Shown: in pieces, positions 1 to 10,067 of the stretch
How positions within the stretch are numbered: the first letter of the stretch is position 1
Layout of the letters: every line of letters starts with the position of its first letter
Source of the DNA: a bacterium
GTDB lineage: Bacteria; UBA8248; JACPRG01; G963555815
NCBI GenBank assembly: GCA_963555815.3
Contig: CAUVWX020000002.1
Location: 32,001-96,000, forward strand
Direction of reading: 5' to 3'
DNA: 64,000 nt
The notes under the pieces: model-generated
What the model was told of the DNA's origin: nothing
What the model saw: only the letters and a program-made list of their open reading frames with translations
The model's database searches: none
Translations under genes and position numbers: made by a program

Positions 1-2
1 AC

Positions 3-974
3 GTGTCCTCACTGGAGGCCATCGGCACGGAGGCCTTTCGCCGGCTTCCAGAGCTGCGCCGTGTGAAGAGAAAAATCCTCAGAGAGGTCAGAGGGAGAAG
101 CCCGGCGGCGGCCGTCCTCATCGACTATCCCGGATTCAACCTCCACTTGGCAAAACACCTGAACCGTCTGGGGGTTCCCGTCTACTATTTCATTGCCCCT
201 CAGCTCTGGGCCTGGGGCGCCTGGCGGGCGAGAAAGTTGGCCCGGTGTGTGAACCTCCTCCTCGTTATTCTCCCCTTCGAGGAGGGCTACTTCCGCTCCC
301 AAGGGATTGACACACTCTTCGTGGGACATCCGCTGATGGATCGGCCGGCCCATCCATCGGCGGAGGAGAGTCGATCCCGGCTTGGCCTGAAGGAGTCCGG
401 GCCAGTCATCGCCCTGCTGCCCGGAAGCCGCCGTCGGGAAGTTTCAGTCCTGTTGCCGACCATGATCAAGGCGGCCCAGACGCTTCTGGAATCCTGGCCC
501 GGGGCGCAATTTCTTCTGCCAGTGGCTGATGTCCTGGAGCCTGAGTGGGTCCATGGGTTTGTCGGGGATTTTCCAGTCAGGCTGACCCGGGGAACCTCGG
601 AGGTCTTGGCGGCCTCCGATGCGGCCATCACGGCCTCTGGGACGGCCACCCTGGAGGCAGGCCTCCAGGGTGTTCCGATGGTGATCGTCTACAAGATCCA
701 CATCCCTTGGGCCAGTTATCCCTTAATGCGCTTTATCGTAAAGTGCCCGTCTATCGGCCTCGTCAATATTCTGGCGGGGGAGCGCCTGGTGCCAGAGCTC
801 CTGCAAGATAAGGTGACCCCGGAGCGCATTGTCAGGGAGGTCCGGCGGGCCGTAGAGGACCAGGACTACCGAGCAAGGGTGAAGGCCCGCATGAAGGAGA
901 TTCGGGAAAGCCTGGGGGAACCGGGGGTTTTTGAGCGGGCCGCCCGTGCTATCCTTTCTCACCTGAGCGCATGA
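3..974 (+). CDS. lpxB: lipid-A-disaccharide synthase (5' truncated by window edge)
   Basis: Motifs IDYPGFN, PQLWAW, ILPFE, VGHPL, LLPGSRRRE, ASGTATLE, NILAG..VPELLQ. Confidence 0.95.
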   Translation: MSSLEAIGTEAFRRLPELRRVKRKILREVRGRSPAAAVLIDYPGFNLHLAKHLNRLGVPVYYFIAPQLWAWGAWRARKLARCVNLLLVILPFEEGYFRSQGIDTLFVGHPLMDRPAHPSAEESRSRLGLKESGPVIALLPGSRRREVSVLLPTMIKAAQTLLESWPGAQFLLPVADVLEPEWVHGFVGDFPVRLTRGTSEVLAASDAAITASGTATLEAGLQGVPMVIVYKIHIPWASYPLMRFIVKCPSIGLVNILAGERLVPELLQDKVTPERIVREVRRAVEDQDYRARVKARMKEIRESLGEPGVFERAARAILSHLSA

Positions 975-1675
975 CCGATCGGGTCCCTCAAGAAGGGACG
1001 GTGGGAGAACGTCTAGTGCGGTTTGCCTTGCGGGATATGATGGCACCTCTCGTGGCCCTTGGGACTCTCCTTTTGGGCGTGACCCTTCGCCGTGAGATTC
1101 TCCACAGAGATCGAGAGGAGAGTGTGAAGCGCCGAGAAATCGGCGTGATCTACTCCCTTTGGCACGGGCGGATATTCTTTCCGGTCTATTATTTGCGAGG
1201 TCAAAGGACGAGCGTCCTTGCAAGCCAGAGCTGGGATGGGGAACTCATTACGGGAGTTCTTCAGATCCTTGGCCAGAGGGTCATCCGGGGGTCCAGTAGC
1301 CGCGGCGGGGCCAGGGCCCTGGTGGAGCTTTGCCGCCGCCTGGAGGCGGGACAGAACGTGGCCCTCACCTCCGATGGTCCCCGCGGTCCCCGCCATCGCG
1401 TCCAGCATGGGATCATCGACCTGGCGAGCAGGACTGGTGCTCCTATCCTCCCTGTCGTGTTCGGGGCCTCGATAAAAAAAACCTTCCAGAGCTGGGACCG
1501 CTTCTGTCTTCCTCTTCCCTTCAGCCGGGTGGCCCTCGTCTTCGGCCCCCCCGTGGAGGTGGCCAGAGATCTATCCGAGGAGGCCCTGGAGAAAAAACGA
1601 AGGGAGCTGGAGGGGGCCATGGAGTGGACAACCCAGGCCGCCGACGCGGCCGCGCTCTCCCGCAGAACCTCCTAA
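971..1675 (+). CDS. DUF374 / lysophospholipid acyltransferase family (LpxJ-like lipid A secondary acyltransferase candidate)
   Basis: WHGR, SQSWDGE, IRGSSSRGG, DGPRGP, SWDRF.LP.PF; ATGA overlap with lpxB. Confidence 0.85.
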   Translation: MTDRVPQEGTVGERLVRFALRDMMAPLVALGTLLLGVTLRREILHRDREESVKRREIGVIYSLWHGRIFFPVYYLRGQRTSVLASQSWDGELITGVLQILGQRVIRGSSSRGGARALVELCRRLEAGQNVALTSDGPRGPRHRVQHGIIDLASRTGAPILPVVFGASIKKTFQSWDRFCLPLPFSRVALVFGPPVEVARDLSEEALEKKRRELEGAMEWTTQAADAAALSRRTS

Positions 1676-1805
1676 ACCCCGTTGGCCTTCGGGGATATCA
1701 AGAGCCATCCGGACCTTCAAGGCGGATCTCTGTTGGGGCAGAGGGGTCCCAAGTGGAACTTCGCCGCTCAGCGCTTGGGGTATATTGGACGGGGTCTGTT
1801 CTGGG

Positions 1806-1844
1806 GTTGCCTTCCATAGGGACCTGGGGAAGGCAGCGTTTTTT
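1806..1844 (+). terminator. intrinsic terminator-like hairpin just upstream of waaA
   Basis: GTTGCCTTCC(1806-1815) pairs with GGAAGGCAGC(1828-1837), followed by GTTTTTT. Confidence 0.5.
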
Positions 1845-1859
1845 GGCGAAGGGAGATCG

Positions 1860-3173
1860 GTGGCCCTCCTCTACAATTTTCTGCTTCTGGTCAGCCTCCC
1901 CGTTCTGGGCCTCGTCTTCACCTATCAGGCCATTATCAAGGGGAAGTGGCGACGAGGGTTTTGGCAGAGATTGGGATTTTTCTCCCTGCCTCCATCTAGC
2001 CAGAAAGCCCTTTGGATTCATGCCGTTTCGGTCGGCGAAGTCCACGCAGCGACCCCTTTGGCAAAGGGGTTGAAGGAGCGCTTTCCCGGTTTTCGCCTTG
2101 TCATCTCCACGACGACCGAGACTGGGCAGGAAGCGGCCCGTCGTCGCATCCCCGAGGCCGACTCCCTCATCTACTTTCCCCTCGATCTCCCCTTTTCCGT
2201 GGCGAAGGCGGTTCGGGCGGTGGACCCCCGACTTGTGGTCCTCATGGAGACGGAGATCTGGCCAAACTTCCTGCTCCACCTGCGCCGTCGCCAGATCCCC
2301 CTTATGATCGCCAACTGTCGGATCTCGCCTCGGTCTTATCGGGGATACCGCCGTCTTCGTCCCTTCATGAGGCGGATCCTTTCCGGGGTGTCCCTTTTTA
2401 GTGTTCAGACCGAGGACGACGCCGAGCGCCTGCGCCGGCTGGGAGCCCCAGTGGATCGGGTGCGGGTCACGGGGAATCTCAAGTTCGACGAGGCGGTCCA
2501 CGCGGTCCTCTCCTTCCCGAGTCGACCCGAGGCCCTTCGCGAGTCCTTGGGGTTTTCGCCCCAGAGTCCCCTTTGGGTGGCCGGTAGTATTCACCCTGGG
2601 GAGGAGGAGGTCATCCTGGGCGCATTTTCTTCCCTGCGGGACCGGCACCCCGGGCTAAGTCTCGTCCTGGCCCCCCGGCGCTTGAATCACGTCCCGGAGA
2701 TTGAAGCGATGCTCCAGGGCTTGGGTCTGGGCTACCGTCTCCGGAGCGTTTCGGCCCCCCCCGGCACTCCGGTGCTGGTCCTGGACACCTTGGGGGAGCT
2801 CGCAAGCCTCTATGGGGCCGCGACGGTCGCCTTCGTGGGGGGCAGCCTTGTCCCCTGGGGGGGGCAAAACCCCCTGGAGCCGGCGGCCCGGGGCGTCCCC
2901 GTCCTTTTCGGGTCTCATATGCAGAATTTTCGAGAGGCCGCGACTCTGTTGAAGGTTTTAGGGGAAGGGGGGGCGCCCGCGGCCCTGGAGGTGCCGGGCC
3001 CTCTTGCCGATGCCGGGAGCAAACTGGTCGAGGCCGTGGGGCGGCTCCTCGAGGACCCGGGGCTGGCGCGCGCCATGGGAGAGCAGGGGGAAAAGGTTGT
3101 GAGGGCGCATGCGGGTGCCCTGGAGCGAAATCTGGAACTCATCGCAGAGCTTCTTGCGGGTGAGGGGAATTGA
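1860..3173 (+). CDS. waaA: Kdo transferase
   Basis: WIHAVSVGE, STTTETG, YFPLD, METEIWPN, TGNLKFD, LDTLGEL, GGQNPLEPA; GTG at 1860 after GGGAG SD. Confidence 0.95.
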   Translation: MALLYNFLLLVSLPVLGLVFTYQAIIKGKWRRGFWQRLGFFSLPPSSQKALWIHAVSVGEVHAATPLAKGLKERFPGFRLVISTTTETGQEAARRRIPEADSLIYFPLDLPFSVAKAVRAVDPRLVVLMETEIWPNFLLHLRRRQIPLMIANCRISPRSYRGYRRLRPFMRRILSGVSLFSVQTEDDAERLRRLGAPVDRVRVTGNLKFDEAVHAVLSFPSRPEALRESLGFSPQSPLWVAGSIHPGEEEVILGAFSSLRDRHPGLSLVLAPRRLNHVPEIEAMLQGLGLGYRLRSVSAPPGTPVLVLDTLGELASLYGAATVAFVGGSLVPWGGQNPLEPAARGVPVLFGSHMQNFREAATLLKVLGEGGAPAALEVPGPLADAGSKLVEAVGRLLEDPGLARAMGEQGEKVVRAHAGALERNLELIAELLAGEGN

Positions 3174-3174
3174 C

Positions 3175-4263
3175 ATGGCCCTGTGGGAGCTCGTGAGGGA
3201 TTGCTGGGAGGTGGACCGCGAGGGGGAAACCCCGTGGCCCCTTCGGACGGCCCTTCGGGGGGCCTCTTGGGCCTATGGCCTGGGACATCTTGCCCGATTG
3301 GCCGGCTATCGGGCCCGCCTCTTCCGGGAGGGTCGGCTTCCCTGCCACGTCATCAGCGTGGGCAACCTGACGGTTGGGGGGACGGGAAAGACACCCACGG
3401 TGCTGGCCCTGGCCCTGGCCATCCATGAGCAGGGGGTTCGGACAGCCGTCCTCAGCCGGGGCTACCAGGGGGGCTCATCATCGCCCGTCACCGTTGTCTC
3501 AGACGGAGAAACGCTTCGTGCCCATCCTCCCGAGGCGGCAGACGAGGCCTATCTGCTGGCCAGGCGTCTCCCTGGTATCCCCGTTCTGACAGGGCCCGAT
3601 CGGCTCCGGGTGGGGCAACACGCCGTGGCCGCCTTTCGATCAGAATGTCTAATTCTGGACGATGGTTTTCAGCATCTTCGCCTTGCCCGGGACCTCAACC
3701 TCATTCTTCTCGACGCCGACCACCCCTTTGGAAACGGCCGTCTCCTCCCGCGGGGTCCTCTGCGCGAGTCGCCTCGGTGTCTGGAACGGGCCGATGCCCT
3801 CCTCCTCACGCGGGCTCGGTCCGCCTCTCCCCCCTGCCTGGGGTTTCTTCGCCAGCGCTATCCCCGCCTCCCGGTGGCGGTGTCCCGCTTCGAGCCTGAC
3901 GGGGTTTTCCAGGTCTCAGATGATTCCCCCCGGCCGGTGGCAGGACACCGGGTTTACCTCGTTTGTGGGATTGCCCGCCCCGAGGATTTTAGGTCTTTGG
4001 CGAGGTCTCTTGGGGTGGAGGTTGTGGGGGAGGTCACCTTCCCGGACCACCATCGCTATTCGGTTGAGGAAATTCGGGATGTGGAGCGGCGAGCCCGGGC
4101 GGCCAGCGCCGAGTTTATCCTCACGACCGAGAAGGACGCCGTTAAGATTCGCCTCCACCTGCACGACGAGGATCGCTGGTGCGCCCTTCGGATTCGCCTC
4201 ACCCTGCTGGCCGGCCAGGAACACTGGCGTGCCTGGACCGAGAGGGCCAGGGCCGTCAGATAG
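3175..4263 (+). CDS. lpxK: tetraacyldisaccharide 4'-kinase
   Basis: SVGNLTVGGTGKTP, LSRGY, LDDGFQH, LLPRGPLRE, FPDHH, TTEKDAVK. Confidence 0.95.
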   Translation: MALWELVRDCWEVDREGETPWPLRTALRGASWAYGLGHLARLAGYRARLFREGRLPCHVISVGNLTVGGTGKTPTVLALALAIHEQGVRTAVLSRGYQGGSSSPVTVVSDGETLRAHPPEAADEAYLLARRLPGIPVLTGPDRLRVGQHAVAAFRSECLILDDGFQHLRLARDLNLILLDADHPFGNGRLLPRGPLRESPRCLERADALLLTRARSASPPCLGFLRQRYPRLPVAVSRFEPDGVFQVSDDSPRPVAGHRVYLVCGIARPEDFRSLARSLGVEVVGEVTFPDHHRYSVEEIRDVERRARAASAEFILTTEKDAVKIRLHLHDEDRWCALRIRLTLLAGQEHWRAWTERARAVR

Positions 4264-4335
4264 GTCCAGGTTCCCTTTTCATTATTCCGACTCACAACCT
4301 GTGGTGGAGGAGATGGAAGACCCTGCGTGGGGGCG

Positions 4336-5418
4336 TTAGTGCTTCATGCTGGCCATCATATAGAGCCCGGCAGCGATGAAGAGGATGTTGGTTGCCCACG
4401 CGGCCACTGGGGCCGGGAGAGTCCCGGCGTGACCAAGCGAGAGCCCCGTGTTGAAGAGGACGAAATAGCTGAAACCGATGAAGATGGTAAGGCCGAGGCT
4501 TCGTGCAAGGCCCCCGCTTCGGGCGGTCTTGAGAGAGAAGGGGACCCCGACGAGGGCCATGATGAATCCGACAAAGGGAAAAGAGAGCTTGGCGTGCATG
4601 TCCACGGTGTACTGGGTCGCGTCGATCCCGTTGGCCCGAAGTCCTTTGATATAGTTCTGGATCTCAACCAGGTTCATCTCTTCAGGTTTCTTTTTCACCT
4701 GTTTAAAGTCGCTGGGCCGCTCGGGAAGCATGACGAGTTGCTCGGCGAATTCCTCGGTCGTGGATTCTGATCCATCCGAAAAGATCCTGGTGCGTCCGTT
4801 CAGAAACATCCAGCCCTCGCCGTCCCAGCGCATCGCCTCCGCGTCGATGCGCTCCCGGAGAGTGCGTTGGGGCGTGAGGCGATAGAGGGTCACACCTTTG
4901 AAAATGTTCTGGTCCGGGTCAAGGGAGCGGATGTTCCAGATGGCCCCTTCCTCGGACTGGAACCAGAGGTTATCCCTTCGGACCACCCACCGGGGGGTCC
5001 TCTTCTTGATCTGGACCCGGAAGATCTGCTGAACCCTCGTGTTGGTGAAGGGAATGACAAATTCATTGGCCAGGAAGAGGAGACCACTTGCGATCACTCC
5101 CATGCTCAGGATAGGCGCGGCGATTCGGGCGAAGCTCACACCGCAAGCCCGCATGGCCGTCACCTCGTTGTTCCGGCCCAGGACGAGGAGGGAGAGGACA
5201 GCCGCGAGCAGGATGGCCACCGGAGTGACCAGGAAAAGGATCATGGGAATCTTATAGAAGAAGTAGGCGGCACTGTCGGCAAAGCTGGCGTGGTGCTCGA
5301 TGAAGTCATCGATCCTCTCAAAAAACTCCACGATGAGAAAAATGCTGAGGAAGGCGAAGAGTCCGAGCCCAAAGAGCCCGAGGAACTCGCGGCAGACGTA
5401 TCGGGTGATGAGCTTCAC
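4336..5418 (-). CDS. lptG: LPS export ABC transporter permease LptG
   Basis: YjgP/YjgQ architecture, NNEVTAMRACGVS, C-terminal LPAPVAAW; paired with LptF-like gene. Confidence 0.9.
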   Translation of the reverse strand: MKLITRYVCREFLGLFGLGLFAFLSIFLIVEFFERIDDFIEHHASFADSAAYFFYKIPMILFLVTPVAILLAAVLSLLVLGRNNEVTAMRACGVSFARIAAPILSMGVIASGLLFLANEFVIPFTNTRVQQIFRVQIKKRTPRWVVRRDNLWFQSEEGAIWNIRSLDPDQNIFKGVTLYRLTPQRTLRERIDAEAMRWDGEGWMFLNGRTRIFSDGSESTTEEFAEQLVMLPERPSDFKQVKKKPEEMNLVEIQNYIKGLRANGIDATQYTVDMHAKLSFPFVGFIMALVGVPFSLKTARSGGLARSLGLTIFIGFSYFVLFNTGLSLGHAGTLPAPVAAWATNILFIAAGLYMMASMKH

Positions 5419-6629
5419 GGGTTCTCTTCCTCTGTCCAGAGGAGTCCGCGCGCGCGAAGACGGTCACAGAAAGATTCCCAAACCGTCTCCAGGCGTTCCC
5501 CTATCCAGTTGAAGGTCTTGAAGGGAGTCTCCCGCCCCACTTTCGTCACGGCGTATATGGCGATGGCGCCCAGCACCATGTTGGGGAACCAGAGGGCCGT
5601 AGCGATCGGGACGACGGCACGCTCGCCCAACCCCTCACCCAGCGTCAAGAAGACATAGTAAAACATGATGATGAAAAGACTCAGGGCAAAACTGCCGGAT
5701 TTCCCCGACCGTGTGTTCTTGATCCCCAGAGGTGCTCCGAGGAAGCCGAGGATGAGCGTAGCAAAGGGGATGGAGAATTTCTTGTAATACTCCACCAAGA
5801 GACCGTTGTACCGGCGATCCTCGGGACCATATTGCTTAAGCTTTTCTTGAATCTCATAAAGGGAGAGGTTCTTCCCCACCCTCTCCAACTTCCCCGCGTC
5901 CCCTAGAAGGTCCCGGGCCTCCAGGGATAGGTCGTAAGTCTCAAAATTGATGACCTGGTATTTCTCTTCCTGGGGCACTGGCCTGTGGATGGCCCCCGCG
6001 CGAAGTCTCAGTGTTATCCTCGAGGTCTCGGGGTCGGGGATCAGTACCCCCTCCTCGGCCACAATAGTCTGTGGGTTCTCCTGGCTCCGGTTATCTGAGA
6101 TGAGGATCCCCCGCATCACGCGCTCTGTGGAGGGCATCTCGTGGACATATAGGACGAGGCCGTCGAAGTCATCGTTAAAGACCCTTGCCTTGACGGAGAT
6201 GCTGGCGGCCTGGGAGTTGGCAAGCTCGAGCCTGAGTTCCATGAAGGACCTCTCGCTCCAGGGCATGGCGTAAAAGATCAAGTAGTTGGAGGCCCCATAA
6301 GACAACACAGAGAGGAGCAGGACGGGCGCGAGCTGGCGGTAGAGGCTGATGCCCGTCGCCTTCATGGCGATGATCTCGCTGTCGGCTGACATCCGGCTGA
6401 AGGTCATGACAGTGGCGAGTAGGAGGGCCATGGGGATGGTCACGAGGAAAAAAGAGGGAGAAATCACCAGAAGAAGCCGAAGGATTACCAGGAAGGGAAC
6501 GCCTTTGTTGACGACGAGCTCTGTGAGCTGAAAAATCCGGCCGAGGAAGAGGACAAAGGTGAAAACCAGGAGGGCCAGGAGGAAATAGCCCAACAGTTCC
6601 CGAAAGATGAGGCGGGAGATGATCCGCAT
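5415..6629 (-). CDS. lptF: LPS export ABC transporter permease LptF
   Basis: RMSADSEIIAMKATGIS, KKFSIPFA, ALWFPN; start uncertain (6629 or 6653). Confidence 0.9.
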   Translation of the reverse strand: MRIISRLIFRELLGYFLLALLVFTFVLFLGRIFQLTELVVNKGVPFLVILRLLLVISPSFFLVTIPMALLLATVMTFSRMSADSEIIAMKATGISLYRQLAPVLLLSVLSYGASNYLIFYAMPWSERSFMELRLELANSQAASISVKARVFNDDFDGLVLYVHEMPSTERVMRGILISDNRSQENPQTIVAEEGVLIPDPETSRITLRLRAGAIHRPVPQEEKYQVINFETYDLSLEARDLLGDAGKLERVGKNLSLYEIQEKLKQYGPEDRRYNGLLVEYYKKFSIPFATLILGFLGAPLGIKNTRSGKSGSFALSLFIIMFYYVFLTLGEGLGERAVVPIATALWFPNMVLGAIAIYAVTKVGRETPFKTFNWIGERLETVWESFCDRLRARGLLWTEEENP

Positions 6630-6788
6630 GGTCCTATGCGAAACCCCCTTCAAAAGGGGTCACAAGCGTCCTCAAGATAGGAAAACACTCATGGGGGTGA
6701 TAGAGGGCCCCAACCCTTCAGATCCTAACCGCAAAAGGTTACATCCTCAGGACGCCGATGTAAAGCTGATCCTTTGTGGGGGGCGGTT

Positions 6789-6817
6789 TTGACGCAATCC
6801 GTGGGGCATGGTAGCCT
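6789..6817 (+). promoter_or_regulatory. sigma70-type promoter for the BtuF-like gene
   Basis: TTGACG-N17-TAGCCT with extended -10 TG. Confidence 0.55.
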
Positions 6818-6862
6818 GGAAAAGATTTGTCCAACATTTCCCTGAGACTTGCCGGAGGCGCG

Positions 6863-7801
6863 ATGAGGATCTGCTCCCTTCTCCCCAGCACGACGGAGAT
6901 CGTCTATGCCCTCGGCCTTGAGGATCACCTCGTCGCGGTCACCCACGAGTGTGACTACCCGCCCGGGGCTCGTTCAAAGCCCGTTATTACCCGGAGTCAC
7001 ATCCATCCTGAGGAGAAGACCGGGACGGAGATCGACCAGACGGTGAAAGAAGCCCTCTCGAAGGGGGAAGGCCTCTACGCTCTGGACGTGGAACTCCTCT
7101 CGAAGCTTGAGCCAGATCTCATCATCACCCAGAAACTTTGCGCGGTGTGCGCCGTGGCGTATGACCAGGTGGCGGCGGCGGCGGAGAGTCTCCCCGGGCG
7201 CCCACAGGTCGTCTCCTTGGAACCGACTACCCTGGCGGAGATCTTTGAGACCATCCGACGGGTGGGTGAACTGACGGGGACCTCCAGTCGGGCGGATCGT
7301 CTGGTGGGCGAACTGAAGGAGCGGGTCGATCGGGTGCGGACAAAAACCTCCCGGGCCCCCTCAAGACCCCGGGTCCTCTCCCTCGAATGGGTGGATCCCC
7401 CCTTTGGCGGCGGGCAGTGGCACCTGGAGCTGGTGGAGATCGCCGGCGGTGAGGACGGGCTTGGAAATCCAGGGGGTCCTTCGCCCCGGTTCGATTGGAA
7501 GGATGTTGAGGGTTTTGCCCCTGAGGTTGTTGTCCTCATGCCCTGCGGTTTCGAAGCCCCACGGGCGGCCCAGGAATATGCCCGGGCCTCGCTCCCCAAG
7601 TTCTGGGACGGGCTCCCGGCTGTTCAATCGGGCCGTGTCTTCGCCCTGAATGGGAATGCCTACTTCAACCGACCTGGCCCTCGGATTGTGGATAGCCTGG
7701 AACTTTTGGCGGGTGTTGTCCAACCGGAGCTCGTAGGGTTAGGGGCGGAGGCAGAAGGCCACTGGATTCACCTGGGAAGCTCGCGGGTCGCGGCCTCTTG
7801 A
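6863..7801 (+). CDS. BtuF-like cobalamin/Fe-siderophore-binding protein family
   Basis: RICSLLPSTTEIVYALG, VTHECDYP, PDLIITQ.LC.VCAV, YFNRPGPRIVDSLE; no permease adjacent, no obvious signal peptide. Confidence 0.8.
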   Translation: MRICSLLPSTTEIVYALGLEDHLVAVTHECDYPPGARSKPVITRSHIHPEEKTGTEIDQTVKEALSKGEGLYALDVELLSKLEPDLIITQKLCAVCAVAYDQVAAAAESLPGRPQVVSLEPTTLAEIFETIRRVGELTGTSSRADRLVGELKERVDRVRTKTSRAPSRPRVLSLEWVDPPFGGGQWHLELVEIAGGEDGLGNPGGPSPRFDWKDVEGFAPEVVVLMPCGFEAPRAAQEYARASLPKFWDGLPAVQSGRVFALNGNAYFNRPGPRIVDSLELLAGVVQPELVGLGAEAEGHWIHLGSSRVAAS

Positions 7802-7847
7802 TGGCTGTTTGTCACGAATCCTCCCTCGTTTGGCCCAGAGGGTACCC

Positions 7848-8267
7848 ATGCAGCGCCCCAGTGTCAGGCTAAAGCGCGTCTATGACGCGCCGGAGTCCGA
7901 AGACGGGCTCCGGGTTCTTGTGGACCACCTGTGGCCGCGGGGGGTGAGCAGGGAGAAGGCTCGGATTGATGAGTGGTTCCAGGATCTGGCTCCGAGCCAC
8001 GCGCTCCGCCAATGGTTTGATCACGACCCGAAAAAGTGGAAGGAGTTCCAGCGCCGGTACCATCAAGAGCTCCTCTCCCCAGGGAAGCGAGATCGGCTCT
8101 ACTTCCTCCTGGACACTGTCTCCCGGAAAAAAACCACCTTCCTCTTCGCGGCGAAGGATCAAGACCACAACAACGCGGTGGTCCTCAGGGAATTCCTGAT
8201 GACCTTCGCGGCGGAAAAAAGCCCCGCGCCTCCTGCAAAGCCAAAAGGAAAGCAATCCCAGAGATAA
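7848..8267 (+). CDS. DUF488/YeaO family protein
   Basis: LKRVY, DG.RVLVD.LWPRG.S.E, LAPS..LR.WF.HDP, HNNAVVL. Confidence 0.85.
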   Translation: MQRPSVRLKRVYDAPESEDGLRVLVDHLWPRGVSREKARIDEWFQDLAPSHALRQWFDHDPKKWKEFQRRYHQELLSPGKRDRLYFLLDTVSRKKTTFLFAAKDQDHNNAVVLREFLMTFAAEKSPAPPAKPKGKQSQR

Positions 8268-8314
8268 CCTCGCATTTCATCCTCTAATCAAGTTTTTTTC
8301 GCCTGCGGACCCTC

Positions 8315-8887
8315 TTAACGATGCTCATAGAAAGAGAGCGTGGTGTCCCCGTATTCCCGGGAATCGACCCGCTTGAGCCCCCCTTGACCTTTGACCGGTT
8401 TTTCCCTTGAGGAGTGCTCCAGGATTATCTTGCCCCCTCCCGAAGGAGCTTTCCATTGCCGCATGATCTTGAGGGCCTTTTCCGCTAGATCCGACTCATA
8501 GGGGGGGTCCAGAAAGATAAAGTTGAATGCCTCCTTGGACTCGGCCAGGCGGGCGAGGGAAGAGAGGGCGTCTCCGGGGAGGATCCGGTAAAGATCCCGG
8601 GAGAACCCGCAACCCGACAGATTGGCGACCGCCAGAAGGAGGGCCCTCTGTGAGCTTTCCAGCAGGGTCGCTCGTCCCGCGTCCCGGCTGAGGGCCTCGA
8701 CTGAGACCGCCCCGGTCCCGGCGAAGACATCGAGGAGGGAGGCGCCCTCAATGGAGTTGCCAAGGATATTAAAGAGGGCTTCTCGGACGGGGTCCAGTGT
8801 GGGCCGGATGTCGAGGCCCCCGGACGCGGTCGGTTTCCCCGGCGCCCGAAGTTTCCTCCCCTTTAACTTTCCCCCGATGATCCGCAT
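8315..8887 (-). CDS. rsmD: 16S rRNA m2G966 methyltransferase
   Basis: MRIIGG..KGR, RPT...VREALFNIL, LDVFAGTG, FLDPPY, YGDT. Confidence 0.93.
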   Translation of the reverse strand: MRIIGGKLKGRKLRAPGKPTASGGLDIRPTLDPVREALFNILGNSIEGASLLDVFAGTGAVSVEALSRDAGRATLLESSQRALLLAVANLSGCGFSRDLYRILPGDALSSLARLAESKEAFNFIFLDPPYESDLAEKALKIMRQWKAPSGGGKIILEHSSREKPVKGQGGLKRVDSREYGDTTLSFYEHR

Positions 8888-8894
8888 GGTCGCC

Positions 8895-9803
8895 TCAGGG
8901 AATCTCGAAGTGAGAAAGGAGCTTGAATGCCTTGACCCTCTCTTCGATCTCAGGGTGAGTGAGGGTTTTCAGGCGGTCCACGCTGAAGGCTTCCACGTTG
9001 AAGGAGGCCATGGCGCTCCCGTAGATGATGGCCTGGCGCAAGGTCAGGGGGCTAAGGTCCGCGGCCTTTGTGAGATAGCCCATAAAACCTCCGGCAAAGG
9101 TGTCGCCGGCGCCGGTGGGGTCGCGGATGTCTTCGAGGGGGTATCCGGGGGCGGAGAAGACAGTCTCGTGGTCGAAGGAGAGGGCCCCGTATTCCCCCCG
9201 CTTGACGATCAGGGTCTTTGGACCCATGGCGAGGATGGCGCGGGCCGCCCGGGCGATATTGGGTTCCTGGGCCAGTTCGCGGGCTTCCGCGTCATTGATG
9301 ATGAGGATATCGACCCGCTTCAAGGTTTCCTTTAAGGCTTCGAGCTTCCCTTCGATCCAGTAGTTCATTGTGTCGCAGGCCACGAGATCCGCAGACTCGA
9401 CCTGATCCAGGACGCTCAGCTGCAGTTCCGGGTCGATATTGGCCAGGAAGAGGTGACGACAATGCTGATAGGCTGTCGGGATCCGGGGCCTAAAATCTTT
9501 GAAGACATTGAGGCGGGTCTCGTGGGTGATGGCCTCGTTGAGGTTGTAGGTGTACTCCCCCTTCCAACGAAAGGTTTCCCCCTCAGCCTTCTCCAGGCCT
9601 GTGAGATCGACCCCTCGTCCCCGAAGGAGGGAGAGATGTCCCTTTGGAAAGTCCACGCCGACGGCGCCGACGAGATGCACCTGGGTGAAGAAGCTGGCGG
9701 CCACCGAGAAATAGACGGCCGATCCCCCCAGGACCTCCTCGGCCTCGCCAAAGGGGGTCTTGACCGAATCGAGAGCTACCGAACCCACGACCAAGAGACT
9801 CAC
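8895..9803 (-). CDS. PfkB/ribokinase family kinase
   Basis: VVGSVALDSVKTPFG, GGSAVY, DPTGAGDTFAGG signature. Confidence 0.9.
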   Translation of the reverse strand: MSLLVVGSVALDSVKTPFGEAEEVLGGSAVYFSVAASFFTQVHLVGAVGVDFPKGHLSLLRGRGVDLTGLEKAEGETFRWKGEYTYNLNEAITHETRLNVFKDFRPRIPTAYQHCRHLFLANIDPELQLSVLDQVESADLVACDTMNYWIEGKLEALKETLKRVDILIINDAEARELAQEPNIARAARAILAMGPKTLIVKRGEYGALSFDHETVFSAPGYPLEDIRDPTGAGDTFAGGFMGYLTKAADLSPLTLRQAIIYGSAMASFNVEAFSVDRLKTLTHPEIEERVKAFKLLSHFEIP

Positions 9804-10067
9804 CTCTCACCGTCCTCCCCAACTTTTCGGGTTATGGAGACTCTCCCCTTTTTTTGCCGGTGTTACGCCCGCATGGTCTTTCGCATTTCGCCTGAGGCCC
9901 GGTTCACCATAGAAACACCCCTTGCCCAGGCGTAGGGTTTCCAAGGGTTCACAATAATCTTCGAGTTGCTCTGAGTCTCGCGGGAGATCTTGAGGCAAAG
10001 GTCGAGTCCACAGGCTCCCCGAGGGCCGTCCCGAAGGTTCTCCGCTTTGGCTGAAGAGAAAGCCCTT

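Noticed and set aside
6654..6862. Possible cobalamin riboswitch upstream of the BtuF-like gene
   Set aside because: No B12-box elements seen, and a good promoter lies only about 45 nt before the start.
9804..10067. 264-nt spacer with imperfect hairpins and small ORFs (possible ncRNA)
   Set aside because: No tRNA, 6S, SRP or riboswitch signature recognised; the pairing is within what GC-rich DNA gives by chance.
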